From: an uncultured Methanosarcinales archaeon | GTDB taxonomy: Archaea; Nanobdellota; Nanobdellia; Woesearchaeales; CAYVYK01 | NCBI GenBank assembly: GCA_964455675.1 | Contig: CAYVYK010000001.1 | Span: 1-64,000, forward strand | DNA length: 64,000 nt | Direction: 5' to 3' | Shown: positions 8,629-17,742 of the stretch, piece after piece | Position numbering within the stretch: the first letter of the stretch is position 1 | Layout: every line of letters starts with the position of its first letter | The notes under the pieces: generated by a model | What the model was told of the DNA's origin: nothing | The model's database searches: none | The model's input: only the letters and a program-made list of their open reading frames with translations | Position numbers and translations under genes: made by a program

Positions 8629-10268
8629 ACATGGCAGGTAAGCAGCACCCGGGGCATCACGCGCCCGGAGAGCATGAGAAACATAGTTCTAGGAAGCGTG
8701 CTGTTCATCACGTAGTGCATCACCATAGAGCACATAAGCATGTCATGAAGCACGCTAAGCATAAGAAGAGTGATGCGCCGACTGAGCGTAAAATTGATTC
8801 TTACGACATTAAGTATGGTAAGCTTCCGGTCACAATCACGATCGTCCAGAAGCATGGTGAGTTTGTACCAAGTTATATTGTGAATATTTCAACCATTAGC
8901 CAGCATACGGAGATCATTCTGGAGAAGATTCGTCACGAGTTGATTGAGCAGGTAAACATTGGTATGCTCGATATTACGAAGACAAGGCATGATAACGAGC
9001 TAGAGAAACGCATGCAGGAAGCGATCGCGATGCTCGTAAGGAAGCATTTTCCTGAAGTGGATGAGGAGGGCATCGAGTTCTTGACATCATACCTAATCCA
9101 GCGCAGCCTAGGTCTTGGCAGGATTGAGTTACTTATGGAAGATGCGATGCTTGAGGAGATTGCAGTGAATAATGCTCAGGAGCCGGTTTGGGTCTACCAT
9201 CGGAAGCATGGATGGCTGAAGACGAATATTTTCCTCGCAAATGAGGATCAGGTGAGGCATTATGCATCCATGATTGGAAGAAAGGTTGGTCGTCAGATTA
9301 ATGTGCTCGAGCCGTTGATGGACGCGCACCTTGGAACGGGTGATCGTATCAACGCGACGCTCTCTCCTGTTTCGGTGAAAGGTAATACAATAACGATGAG
9401 GAAGTTCGCGGCAAAGCCCTGGACTATCACAGACTTCCTGAATTCTAACACTCTAACCACCAGAGCCGCGGCGATGATCTGGCTTGGTGTTCAGTACGAG
9501 ATGAGTATGATTATTGCTGGTGGTACTGCGAGTGGTAAGACAAGTATGTTGAACACGGTTTCGAATTTTTTCCCTCCAAATCAGCGGATCATAAGTATTG
9601 AGGACACTCGTGAGATTCAGCTCCCAAGTTTCCTCCACTGGCTCCCGATGAACACTCGCCTTCCAAATCCTGAGGGAAAAGGCGCGATCACCATGCTTGA
9701 CTTGCTGGTGAACTCCTTGCGCCAGCGTCCGGATAGGATTATTGTTGGTGAGATCAGAAGGAAGGCGGAGGCAGAGGTTCTGTTTGAGGCGATTCACACG
9801 GGCCACTCGGTATACGCTACCGTGCACGCAAATAACGCAAAGGAAGTGCTGACGCGCCTGACAAGTCCCCCGATCGAGATTCCAAAGAGTATGATCCCTG
9901 CAGTTTCCATGGTCATTGTGCAGTTTAGGAACCGTCGCACGGGAAATCGTAGGACATTCCAGGTTGCAGAGGTTTTGGACACGGGTGATATGAACGTTCT
10001 CATGCAGTATGATCCAAAGAAGGATCATCTTCTGGAAGTGGGCCATTCGCATGCGCTCATGGAGAATCTGGAGATGTACACCGGGTATTCAAGGAAAGAA
10101 ATTGAGGCTTCAATCCAAGAGAAGATCCATGTGCTTGAGTATTTGCAGAAGAAGGGCATAAACACGGTCGACGGTGTTGGAACGGTTATTGCTGAGTATT
10201 ACACGAATAAGGAATATCTGATGAAGATGATCCGTGAGAACAAGACCATTGAGCCTAAGTCCGGGTGA
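8625..10268 (+). CDS. Type IV pilus assembly ATPase (TadA/FlaI/VirB11 family) with His-rich N-terminus
   Basis: Walker A GGTASGKT, SIEDTRE, LRQRPDRIIVGEIR and TGH...TVHA His box. Confidence 0.93.
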   Translation: MNMAGKQHPGHHAPGEHEKHSSRKRAVHHVVHHHRAHKHVMKHAKHKKSDAPTERKIDSYDIKYGKLPVTITIVQKHGEFVPSYIVNISTISQHTEIILEKIRHELIEQVNIGMLDITKTRHDNELEKRMQEAIAMLVRKHFPEVDEEGIEFLTSYLIQRSLGLGRIELLMEDAMLEEIAVNNAQEPVWVYHRKHGWLKTNIFLANEDQVRHYASMIGRKVGRQINVLEPLMDAHLGTGDRINATLSPVSVKGNTITMRKFAAKPWTITDFLNSNTLTTRAAAMIWLGVQYEMSMIIAGGTASGKTSMLNTVSNFFPPNQRIISIEDTREIQLPSFLHWLPMNTRLPNPEGKGAITMLDLLVNSLRQRPDRIIVGEIRRKAEAEVLFEAIHTGHSVYATVHANNAKEVLTRLTSPPIEIPKSMIPAVSMVIVQFRNRRTGNRRTFQVAEVLDTGDMNVLMQYDPKKDHLLEVGHSHALMENLEMYTGYSRKEIEASIQEKIHVLEYLQKKGINTVDGVGTVIAEYYTNKEYLMKMIRENKTIEPKSG

Positions 10269-10274
10269 TGGTCA

Positions 10275-11087
10275 GTGCGCGGAGCCCTAGTTTGGTATGT
10301 GAAGCAACGGATGCCTGGTCTAGGTCTTTCTATGAAGCGCGCGGGGATGGATGAACCTGTTGATGAGTTTATCGTGCGGTGCGCAAAAGCTGGCCTCTAC
10401 ATGGCAGGTCTTGTTTCTGTTCTTGTATTCCTTTTGACCTCTGATAGCGGGGGATTTTGGTGGGCAATCATTGCTTTTCCGATTGCTGCTCCGCTCATGT
10501 TTGTGTACTTACTAAAGTCTCCCATTGCGCGCGTGGCAAAGAAGGAAAAGGAGATTAATCGTGAGATCCTATTCGCCGGCCGCTTTATGGTGATCGAACT
10601 GCAAAGCGGTGTGCCGCTCTATGATGCTCTCAAGAATGCAGCGACGCAGTACAAGGCTCTCGCCCCCTACATTCGTGAGATTATCACAAAAGTTGATCTT
10701 GGAACTTCGATGGATGATGCACTGAATGAGACTGTTGAGATCATTCCTTCTGAGAGTTTTCGAAAGATTCTGTGGCAGATCCTAAATTCCCTTCACACTG
10801 GTGCAGACATCGCAAATTCCTTACTTTCCGTGCTCGAGCAGATCACGAGGTCCCAGATGATCGAGATTGGTAAGTACGGACGCAAGTTGAATCCCATGGC
10901 GATGTTTTACATGATGGTTGCAGTGATTGTCCCCACGCTTGGGATCACGATGCTCGTCGTGCTTGCCACGATGACTGGTTTTTCCTTGAAGCTTCCTATT
11001 CTTCTCATGATCGCAGGACTTGTGGCGTGCGTTCAGATCATGTTTCTGATTATGATTAAGAATTCGCGCCCGGCGGTTGAATTATGA
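10275..11087 (+). CDS. Type II secretion system F / TadB-TadC family membrane protein
   Basis: Cytoplasmic T2SSF-like domain between TM helices; follows the ATPase. Confidence 0.85.
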   Translation: MRGALVWYVKQRMPGLGLSMKRAGMDEPVDEFIVRCAKAGLYMAGLVSVLVFLLTSDSGGFWWAIIAFPIAAPLMFVYLLKSPIARVAKKEKEINREILFAGRFMVIELQSGVPLYDALKNAATQYKALAPYIREIITKVDLGTSMDDALNETVEIIPSESFRKILWQILNSLHTGADIANSLLSVLEQITRSQMIEIGKYGRKLNPMAMFYMMVAVIVPTLGITMLVVLATMTGFSLKLPILLMIAGLVACVQIMFLIMIKNSRPAVEL

Positions 11088-12286
11088 AGGATAGTAAAGA
11101 GATGCATGAATTAAAGAAGCATGTTGTGCATAAGGTTCCCCTAAGGAAGCGCTGGGATAATTGGGTTAATGGAATGAAGGAGAGGTACGCCAAGAAGACT
11201 CCACCGGTGAAGGTTGTCGAGCCGCCGGTGGAATGGGATCGCCTCCAGAATGTTCAGATGTTCCGAAAGGAGCTTCAGAAAAGAATTAAGGAAGAGAAGA
11301 AGCTTGAGCGCAAGAAGCACACCCTGAAGTTCTATCTGCCAAAGGCAGGAATCTTCATGGAGTCTGACGCATTCTTCCGTATCCTGTTCATAATTACGAC
11401 AGCCCTCAATATTGTTCTGACGATCTCGTTCATTTGGTATTTCATGACATACAGAGGTTTTGGTATCCTGTATATCCTCCTCATGCTGTTCCTTCTCTGG
11501 ACGGTGGGTTTTGTTATTTCTTTTTTCATTGTGTGGGCAGGGGCATTCTTCTACATTGACGTGATGATGTTTCGTCGTAGAGTTGAGATTGAGAAGGTAT
11601 TGCCAGACTTTCTTCTGCTCACCGCGTCAAACATTAAGGCAGGAATGACGATCGACCAGGCTTTGTGGTATGCAGTGCGTCCAAGATTTGGTGTTCTTGC
11701 GCACGAGATTGAGATTGTGGCAAAGGAGACGATGACAGGCGAGGACTTAAAGAAGGCTTTGCATAAGTTTGCTCGTAAGTATGATTCTCCGGTGCTTTCA
11801 AGAACTATTAGCTTGATCACTGAGGGTATCGACGCGGGTGGTAAGATGGGTGACTTGCTCACGAAAATCGCGACAAACCTTCAGGAAAGTGACCTTGTGA
11901 GGAAAGAGATGGCCGCGAATGTTACGACATACATCATATTCATCACGTTCGCAACGATAATTGCTGCTCCCTTCTTGTTTGCCCTTTCGACCCAGATGAT
12001 TGACGTCGTTACTGGGCTTACATCCTCAATTGATCTCACGCAGGCAACCGGCCTCTCAGCTCCGGTAAAAGTGGGCACGGGAGGCATTGAGATCGGAGAC
12101 TTCCGGGTGTTTGTATTTGTCACGATGGCTCTAGGCTCCTTTATTTCCGCAATGATTATCTCAGTCATCAAGAATGGAACGGTAAAGCAGGGTCTTGGGT
12201 ATATTCCTGCATTCATTGCAGTGTCATTTATGGTGTATATCGTTGCGAATTTTCTGCTTGGTAGCGTCTTTAGCGGATTTTTCTGA
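11084..12286 (+). CDS. Type II secretion system F / TadC family membrane protein
   Basis: LPDFLLLTASNIKAGMTIDQAL and GIDAGG motifs; several TM helices. Confidence 0.88.
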   Translation: MKDSKEMHELKKHVVHKVPLRKRWDNWVNGMKERYAKKTPPVKVVEPPVEWDRLQNVQMFRKELQKRIKEEKKLERKKHTLKFYLPKAGIFMESDAFFRILFIITTALNIVLTISFIWYFMTYRGFGILYILLMLFLLWTVGFVISFFIVWAGAFFYIDVMMFRRRVEIEKVLPDFLLLTASNIKAGMTIDQALWYAVRPRFGVLAHEIEIVAKETMTGEDLKKALHKFARKYDSPVLSRTISLITEGIDAGGKMGDLLTKIATNLQESDLVRKEMAANVTTYIIFITFATIIAAPFLFALSTQMIDVVTGLTSSIDLTQATGLSAPVKVGTGGIEIGDFRVFVFVTMALGSFISAMIISVIKNGTVKQGLGYIPAFIAVSFMVYIVANFLLGSVFSGFF

Positions 12287-12317
12287 TTCCAAATGTTAGG
12301 AGTAACAATGTTATGGG

Positions 12318-13289
12318 TTAATTCCAAACGCCGTACCGGTATGCTCTGCTGATGTCAGTGAGGTGCGATAGAACATTGCGCATGAGCCCTCGTATTTTTG
12401 ATCCGGTTATGCTTCGATCGTTCTGTCGATAGTCCTCAAGGTGCATGAAGATCTGCTTGCGCCAGTCAAGATTCTTGTCCATGAGATTTTTGTCCACGGT
12501 ATGTATCGCTTTGAAGGTATTTTCAAAGTGCGCAATAAGCTCGTCAAGGATGATATAGAATTGTTTTCTCTGCTGTGGTGTCTGTTTAAGTTCCGGGATA
12601 AGTCTTCCGATTCTCTTGCATTCATCCCCGATTCTCTCAAGCTGAATGTTGAGCGTCCAGAGCCTAATGATTTTAATGACGTCAAGGTCAAGTTCGCTCG
12701 CGACGGCATTGTCGACTGCTGCTACTTGTAAGATGCGCATGACAAGGAATCCAAGCCGATTGACGTCTTTATCCCGTTCCTCGATGTTATTTGTCATCGT
12801 TCGTTCGTTCTCGGCTAGTTCCAGGTCAGTAAGCATGGTAAGCACGATGTGCTCGATCCGCCGAAGAATACGCTCGATATCGCGGTCTTTGTAGTTGAGA
12901 AAGTCTTTTGCGATGATTTTGTTCTTTTCTTCCTGCACGACTTCAAGAGCGACTAGATAGCTGATGAACCTCTTGATGTGCAATGCCTCTTCGTGAGTGT
13001 TGTACTTGATGACAATTTCATTGTAGTTGCTGATATATGCTGCGATGATGTCGCGTTCCGTGTGGTTGATAGGCCTATTTCCGACGGTGATTTCAATCGT
13101 CCGCTTCTCTTTTTTCTCTTCTTCGTGACTACCTTTGTGCAAGCCCACGAGCAATTTGTCCCTTCCCTTGCGTTCCAGGATGATTGTGTCCCCGCTTTTG
13201 AGTTTGTTGTCGTTCAGAAAATCTTTAGGTAGTGATATGACATTGCTGCAAAGGCCTGATTTGACGAGTTTTCTCGCATACATGGTCAT
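12318..13289 (-). CDS. AbrB-PhoU family phosphate-uptake regulator
   Basis: N-terminal RKLVKSG...ISLPKDF...LKSGD AbrB-like motif; PhoU repeats (RDKDVNRL, LERIGDEC). Confidence 0.8.
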   Translation of the reverse strand: MTMYARKLVKSGLCSNVISLPKDFLNDNKLKSGDTIILERKGRDKLLVGLHKGSHEEEKKEKRTIEITVGNRPINHTERDIIAAYISNYNEIVIKYNTHEEALHIKRFISYLVALEVVQEEKNKIIAKDFLNYKDRDIERILRRIEHIVLTMLTDLELAENERTMTNNIEERDKDVNRLGFLVMRILQVAAVDNAVASELDLDVIKIIRLWTLNIQLERIGDECKRIGRLIPELKQTPQQRKQFYIILDELIAHFENTFKAIHTVDKNLMDKNLDWRKQIFMHLEDYRQNDRSITGSKIRGLMRNVLSHLTDISRAYRYGVWN

Positions 13290-13324
13290 GCAGATGCTCT
13301 ACGAGTATAAGAATATTTCTGTTT

Positions 13325-13376
13325 AGTATATACTTTATGTACGATACATACAATACGCACTTAAAATATATATTTT
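13325..13376. promoter_or_regulatory. Divergent promoter with three AT-rich palindromes (candidate operators)
   Basis: agtatatact (13325-13334), tatgta-cga-tacata (13336-13350) and aaaatatatatttt (13363-13376). Confidence 0.5.
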
Positions 13377-13397
13377 TCAGATTCCCTCCTTCAGTGT

Positions 13398-14423
13398 ATG
13401 CCAAGGAAGAAATCTGACGAGGAAAAACCTGATTTGTACAGGATCTTGCAGGTTCAGCCTTCGGCGGATCCTGAAGTAATTAAGGCAGCATCGCGTGCGC
13501 TAGTCCTCAAGTATCATCCAGATCATGGTGGTAATGGCGAGCATTTCAAAGAGATTAATCTGGCGCGCAAGGTCCTCGAGGATGAAAAGGAGCGCACAGA
13601 GTATGATGCGCAATTGAGGAAGTCCTGTGCGAATATGATTGGTCCCTATCAGCTTACAAGGAAGATTTCAGAGGGCGGTTTTGGCAGGGTCTATGAGGGG
13701 GTTCATACTCTTCTCGGCGAAAAAGTGTGTATTAAGCAGAACCTGCGGGTATCAGCGGAAGACACTGAGATGTTCGTCAAGGAGGCAAAGGCGATTTGGG
13801 AGCTTAGGCATCATGCGCTGCCTGCCGTGCGTGATATGATTGAGCTTCCAGACGGTAGCATGACGCTCGTGATGAGTTATATTCCTGGGCCGACGCTCGA
13901 ACAGGTCGTTAAAAAGTATGAGGCAAAGAATGATCATATTGATCCTGAGTCTGTATGCTGGATAGCCGAGCGTGTTCTTGACGCTCTTCGCTACATGCAT
14001 TGGCATGGTGTTGTACACGGTGATGTGAAGCCTGCAAATATTATCGTTCAGCCGGAAACCCATACGTGTGCTCTTGTTGATTTCGGTCTCTGTACAATTC
14101 GTCCGACATCACGTTCGCATGCAGAGGGCTACACCCCCCTGTTCGCAAGTCCCGAAAGTCTTGGCGATGGCCCTCTGCTTCCAGAATCTGATTTGTATAG
14201 TCTGGGTTTGACGATGATTTATGCTCTTGGAGGAGATGTGAAGAGAAAACGTATTCCGTCGTCAATTCCTGCAGGTATTCGCGACTACGTGAATGATCTC
14301 GTCATTTACGATGTCGCGGAGCGCCCGCACTGGGACAATATTGACCTTGTACAGAAACTTCGCGAGGTTCGCCTAAAGGAATTCGGTAGGTCTCATTCCG
14401 GTTTAGCGGAACTGCGATTGTAA
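13398..14423 (+). CDS. J-domain (DnaJ) - Ser/Thr protein kinase fusion
   Basis: DLYRILQV...YHPD...YD J-domain; kinase motifs GGFGRVY, VCIK, HGDVKPAN, DFG, SPE and DLYSLG. Confidence 0.92.
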   Translation: MPRKKSDEEKPDLYRILQVQPSADPEVIKAASRALVLKYHPDHGGNGEHFKEINLARKVLEDEKERTEYDAQLRKSCANMIGPYQLTRKISEGGFGRVYEGVHTLLGEKVCIKQNLRVSAEDTEMFVKEAKAIWELRHHALPAVRDMIELPDGSMTLVMSYIPGPTLEQVVKKYEAKNDHIDPESVCWIAERVLDALRYMHWHGVVHGDVKPANIIVQPETHTCALVDFGLCTIRPTSRSHAEGYTPLFASPESLGDGPLLPESDLYSLGLTMIYALGGDVKRKRIPSSIPAGIRDYVNDLVIYDVAERPHWDNIDLVQKLREVRLKEFGRSHSGLAELRL

Positions 14424-14444
14424 GAATTGTTGGAGGGAAAAACC

Positions 14445-15290
14445 ATGACAAGTGTAGCGGTAGCTGTAAAAGATTTTGAGAAGATGTTAGAGCGGAATTG
14501 TGCAAAGCCAAAAAAGTCGCGTCTTGAGGAGATTTGCAGGCATGTGGACTCCGTCAGCAGTAACACGCCAGAAGTGTATGATGACGAAAGGATTGGAAAA
14601 TACCTGCGCGACCGTGCTAAAGTGCTCAAGCAGCTGGCGGGTGAGTACATGGACCATGTGGTGTCCACGCATTTGCCGCTGATTGATCCTGCGCTCTTCA
14701 AGATGCAGCGATATATCACGATTGCGACGCAAGATCGCAAGCAGCGGGTTGTTCGCGATGCGCTCGAACCTGATGCAAAAAAAGGAGATCAGAAGAAGAT
14801 TGTCGTTCCGCTCTTCGCGTACACGACGCTGTTTGAAGGAGAGCCGGTTGCGACGCTCGGATCCTACACAAAAGAGCGAAGAGGCAGCTTCGGCGAACGT
14901 TATCGCTCGACGACAAAGATCACGGCTAAGCTCGGCGATGTTCCGCAGAACATGGTGCGTGCATACCAGCAGGGAGTTGCTGAGTACTTCCAGGCGCTGA
15001 GTGAAGTCTACGCCAAGCCAGTCATCGGTCAGGTACTTCTGCAGGAGGGAGTGCCATCTCCAAAAGCCGGCGCGATCTGGATTCCTTCGCTTGATTCGCT
15101 AAAGCTTGAGGTTTCTGAGTCACTCATCGCTCCTGCGCCGAGCCGTGATCCAGCGCTCGTCCTCACTGCTGGAGGTAAGCACTATCTCATTGCGACGTGG
15201 GATGCGATTAATGAGGAGCCCTTCGAACACTACATCAGAGAGTACACGACCGGCAGCATCAAGGACAAAATGCCTGAACGGAGGAGGTGA
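14445..15290 (+). CDS. Hypothetical protein in the kinase-vWA operon
   Basis: Long ORF with a GGAGG-like SD before ATG 14445; tightly coupled to both neighbours; no recognisable motif. Confidence 0.7.
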   Translation: MTSVAVAVKDFEKMLERNCAKPKKSRLEEICRHVDSVSSNTPEVYDDERIGKYLRDRAKVLKQLAGEYMDHVVSTHLPLIDPALFKMQRYITIATQDRKQRVVRDALEPDAKKGDQKKIVVPLFAYTTLFEGEPVATLGSYTKERRGSFGERYRSTTKITAKLGDVPQNMVRAYQQGVAEYFQALSEVYAKPVIGQVLLQEGVPSPKAGAIWIPSLDSLKLEVSESLIAPAPSRDPALVLTAGGKHYLIATWDAINEEPFEHYIREYTTGSIKDKMPERRR

Positions 15291-15294
15291 AATC

Positions 15295-16281
15295 ATGTCG
15301 GAAATGGGAGATTCCTACGATCCTGGTCCCTGGAGGGGCTACAGTTACACGTCAGCTCGTGCACCAAAGAGGATTGACCCTACTGCGGGAAGAGGATACG
15401 GTTCGCATAGCGCTCGAGTTTCGCGCCGTCTCGCAGGGCCTGACCGTGACAAGCTTTGTCCGGCAAACATTGCCACCGATGCGAAATCACCCCTTGTTAT
15501 CGTCGTGGACGGTACCGGGTCCATGGGGAAGTATCCGGAGGTGATGTTCAAGAAGCTTCCCCTACTGGACCTAGGAATAGAGGATTATCTGCAGGACTGT
15601 GAGATTTCCTTTGCCATGGTTGGTGATGCAGGTTCTGATCATTATCCACTGCAGGTGCAGCCGTTCACAAAGGGAAAGAAGCTTGTTGGTAGTCTGAATA
15701 ACTTGATCATTGAGGGTAACGGAGGTGGCAACCAGCAGGAAAGCTATGACCTTGCTGGCCTTTATTATGCGAGGAACTGTAAGATGCCAAAGGCAACGAA
15801 TCCAGTATTGATCTGGGTCTGCGATGAAGGGATCTATGGCGAAGTTGACAAGGCATGGGCCGAGGAACATGCAAGAGTTACGCTGGATAAAAAATTGAGA
15901 TCCTTGGATCTGTGGAAGGAATTGCAGGACAAGTTTGCCATGTACTGCATCCGAAAGCACTATGAGGACATGGTTGATGGCGACCGCATGGTTGGTGCTA
16001 ATCTCGCAATTCACCGCCAGTGGGAGCAGTACGTCGGCGCTGACAAGATTGCGTTGCTGCCCAATCCGGAGCGTGTGGTGGACGTTATTTTCGGTCTTGT
16101 GGCGCACCACACGGGTAAGGAGGACTTCTTCCAGCAGGAGCTAACGTACCGTCAGAAACCTGGCCAGGTGAAGGAAGTCAACGCGAGCATGGTGAGTATT
16201 GGAAAGGGCAAGGGAGGACACACTGGTGCTTCCATCGTGAAGCGTTCAACACGCGGAACGACGAGCCAGTCGCTCCTGTAG
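15295..16281 (+). CDS. vWA-domain protein (MIDAS variant DGTGSM)
   Basis: VIVVDGTGSMG, AMVGDA, EGNGGGNQQESY and VCDEG; ggaggtga SD precedes ATG 15295. Confidence 0.82.
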   Translation: MSEMGDSYDPGPWRGYSYTSARAPKRIDPTAGRGYGSHSARVSRRLAGPDRDKLCPANIATDAKSPLVIVVDGTGSMGKYPEVMFKKLPLLDLGIEDYLQDCEISFAMVGDAGSDHYPLQVQPFTKGKKLVGSLNNLIIEGNGGGNQQESYDLAGLYYARNCKMPKATNPVLIWVCDEGIYGEVDKAWAEEHARVTLDKKLRSLDLWKELQDKFAMYCIRKHYEDMVDGDRMVGANLAIHRQWEQYVGADKIALLPNPERVVDVIFGLVAHHTGKEDFFQQELTYRQKPGQVKEVNASMVSIGKGKGGHTGASIVKRSTRGTTSQSLL

Positions 16282-16289
16282 GTGCTCTG

Positions 16290-17267
16290 ATGGCGCTCGA
16301 AATACTTGCGACGTTGTGGCCCGAGATGGGCCATTTCCATTATTTTGCCCGTGATAACAGGCTCGGTGGAATTCGGTTGAACACAGCGATGACAAATACC
16401 AAGGAGCTTCCTGGCATTGTCAGAAAAGCGGTTAATCAATCAGGTGATATGCCCTTGTATTTTGACGTGAAGGGCAGGCAGTTGAGGATCACTGAGGTAT
16501 CCCCAAATAACGACCACTTGGAGTGTCGTATTAACCATCCGATTTCTGTTGACACTCCAACGATGGTCCTCTTTAAGGCAGGTGTTGATGGAGCGGTTCT
16601 GCAGGAGGTGCGCGGTGACTACTTAGTATTTGATGGTGGCCCAAAGTATGGACTGATCCCGGGCGAGTCCCTGCACGTGCGAGATTCTTCACTGAAAGTC
16701 CATGGACCTACGTTTACTCCTGAGCAGCTTGCGTACCTTGACATCGCGATGAGTGCAGGCATTAGGCGATACATGCTTTCGTATGTGACAAGTAGTTCCG
16801 AGATTAGGGATATGCGAAAAATTGTTGGTGATAGCGAGATCGTGGCTAAGATTGAGTCGCTTGATGGACTAAAGTACGTCGATCATGAATATCGAAAGTC
16901 CCAAAATCTTGGCTTGCTTACTGCGCGTGGTGATTTATTTGTGGAGGTTCACCGCCCGCACGAGATTGCCGACGCAACGAAGCGTATCATTCGTGCGGAT
17001 CGCGACGCGATTGTGGGCAGCAGGATTCTGCTCTCTCTTGGCGAGGATGAAGTGCCCTCATGTGCTGACATTAGTGAGGTGAATTGGCTGCTTGATGTTG
17101 GATATCGTAGATTCATGTTTTGTGATAGCCTTTGCCTCAAGAAGGACGCGCTCGACCATGCGGTGAATGTGCTGCAGGCAATTTATGATGATTACCAACC
17201 CCAAACCTATGCTCCAAAAGGCTTTTTTGGGAGACTGATGGGCACGGTAAGGCATCCGGTGGTGTGA
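16290..17267 (+). CDS. Divergent pyruvate-kinase-fold enzyme lacking the C-terminal domain
   Basis: ILATL.P, IRLN, DVKG..LR, VAKIES and ARGDL.VE match the PK barrel; only 325 aa long. Confidence 0.75.
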   Translation: MALEILATLWPEMGHFHYFARDNRLGGIRLNTAMTNTKELPGIVRKAVNQSGDMPLYFDVKGRQLRITEVSPNNDHLECRINHPISVDTPTMVLFKAGVDGAVLQEVRGDYLVFDGGPKYGLIPGESLHVRDSSLKVHGPTFTPEQLAYLDIAMSAGIRRYMLSYVTSSSEIRDMRKIVGDSEIVAKIESLDGLKYVDHEYRKSQNLGLLTARGDLFVEVHRPHEIADATKRIIRADRDAIVGSRILLSLGEDEVPSCADISEVNWLLDVGYRRFMFCDSLCLKKDALDHAVNVLQAIYDDYQPQTYAPKGFFGRLMGTVRHPVV

Positions 17268-17346
17268 TAGCCGAGAAGTTGATATGGGGGAGGTAGATGC
17301 ACGAGTAGCACTAAATTTATATAGAGAAAAATGCTCGAAGGGTGGT

Positions 17347-17742
17347 ATGGATGAAGAGATTTTCCGCTCGGCGAAAGTATACCTTATTGTTCTCGTTGGT
17401 GTCTTTGCATCGGTTATGGGTGTCTGGTGGCTTGGTGGCTTTGAGCCTAATCCTTCGATAGCGAACTGTAACCTTCCAGCTGGCTTTGAGTGTATCGATT
17501 TTACCATGTCCCCGACGGGTGCTGTGATCCATATCCAGAGCCATGAGGAAGTTGATATTGAGAAGATTCAGCTAGATGGTTGTGAAGTGGTCCGTGATGT
17601 GCACATGGAGGGCGGCCAGCGAAAACTGATCCGTTTTGATTGCAGGGATACAGAGACCCCCGATCGTGATATTACTTTTTCGTATAAGGAGAACGAGATC
17701 GCTGAGACCGGTATTGGGAGTATCACGGGCGTGGCAGGATGA
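17347..17742 (+). CDS. Membrane-anchored protein resembling the archaeal pilin globular domain
   Basis: TM helix then CNLPAGFECIDF, similar to CTMSPGFSCTEF in the pilin at 35246. The start is inferred from a TATA element near 17315. Confidence 0.55.
   Translation: MDEEIFRSAKVYLIVLVGVFASVMGVWWLGGFEPNPSIANCNLPAGFECIDFTMSPTGAVIHIQSHEEVDIEKIQLDGCEVVRDVHMEGGQRKLIRFDCRDTETPDRDITFSYKENEIAETGIGSITGVAG

Noticed and set aside
1673..12286. Archaellum operon
   Set aside because: No archaellin (FlaB) signature or FlaH is seen; two TadC-like genes and a vWA adhesin fit an adhesion pilus better.
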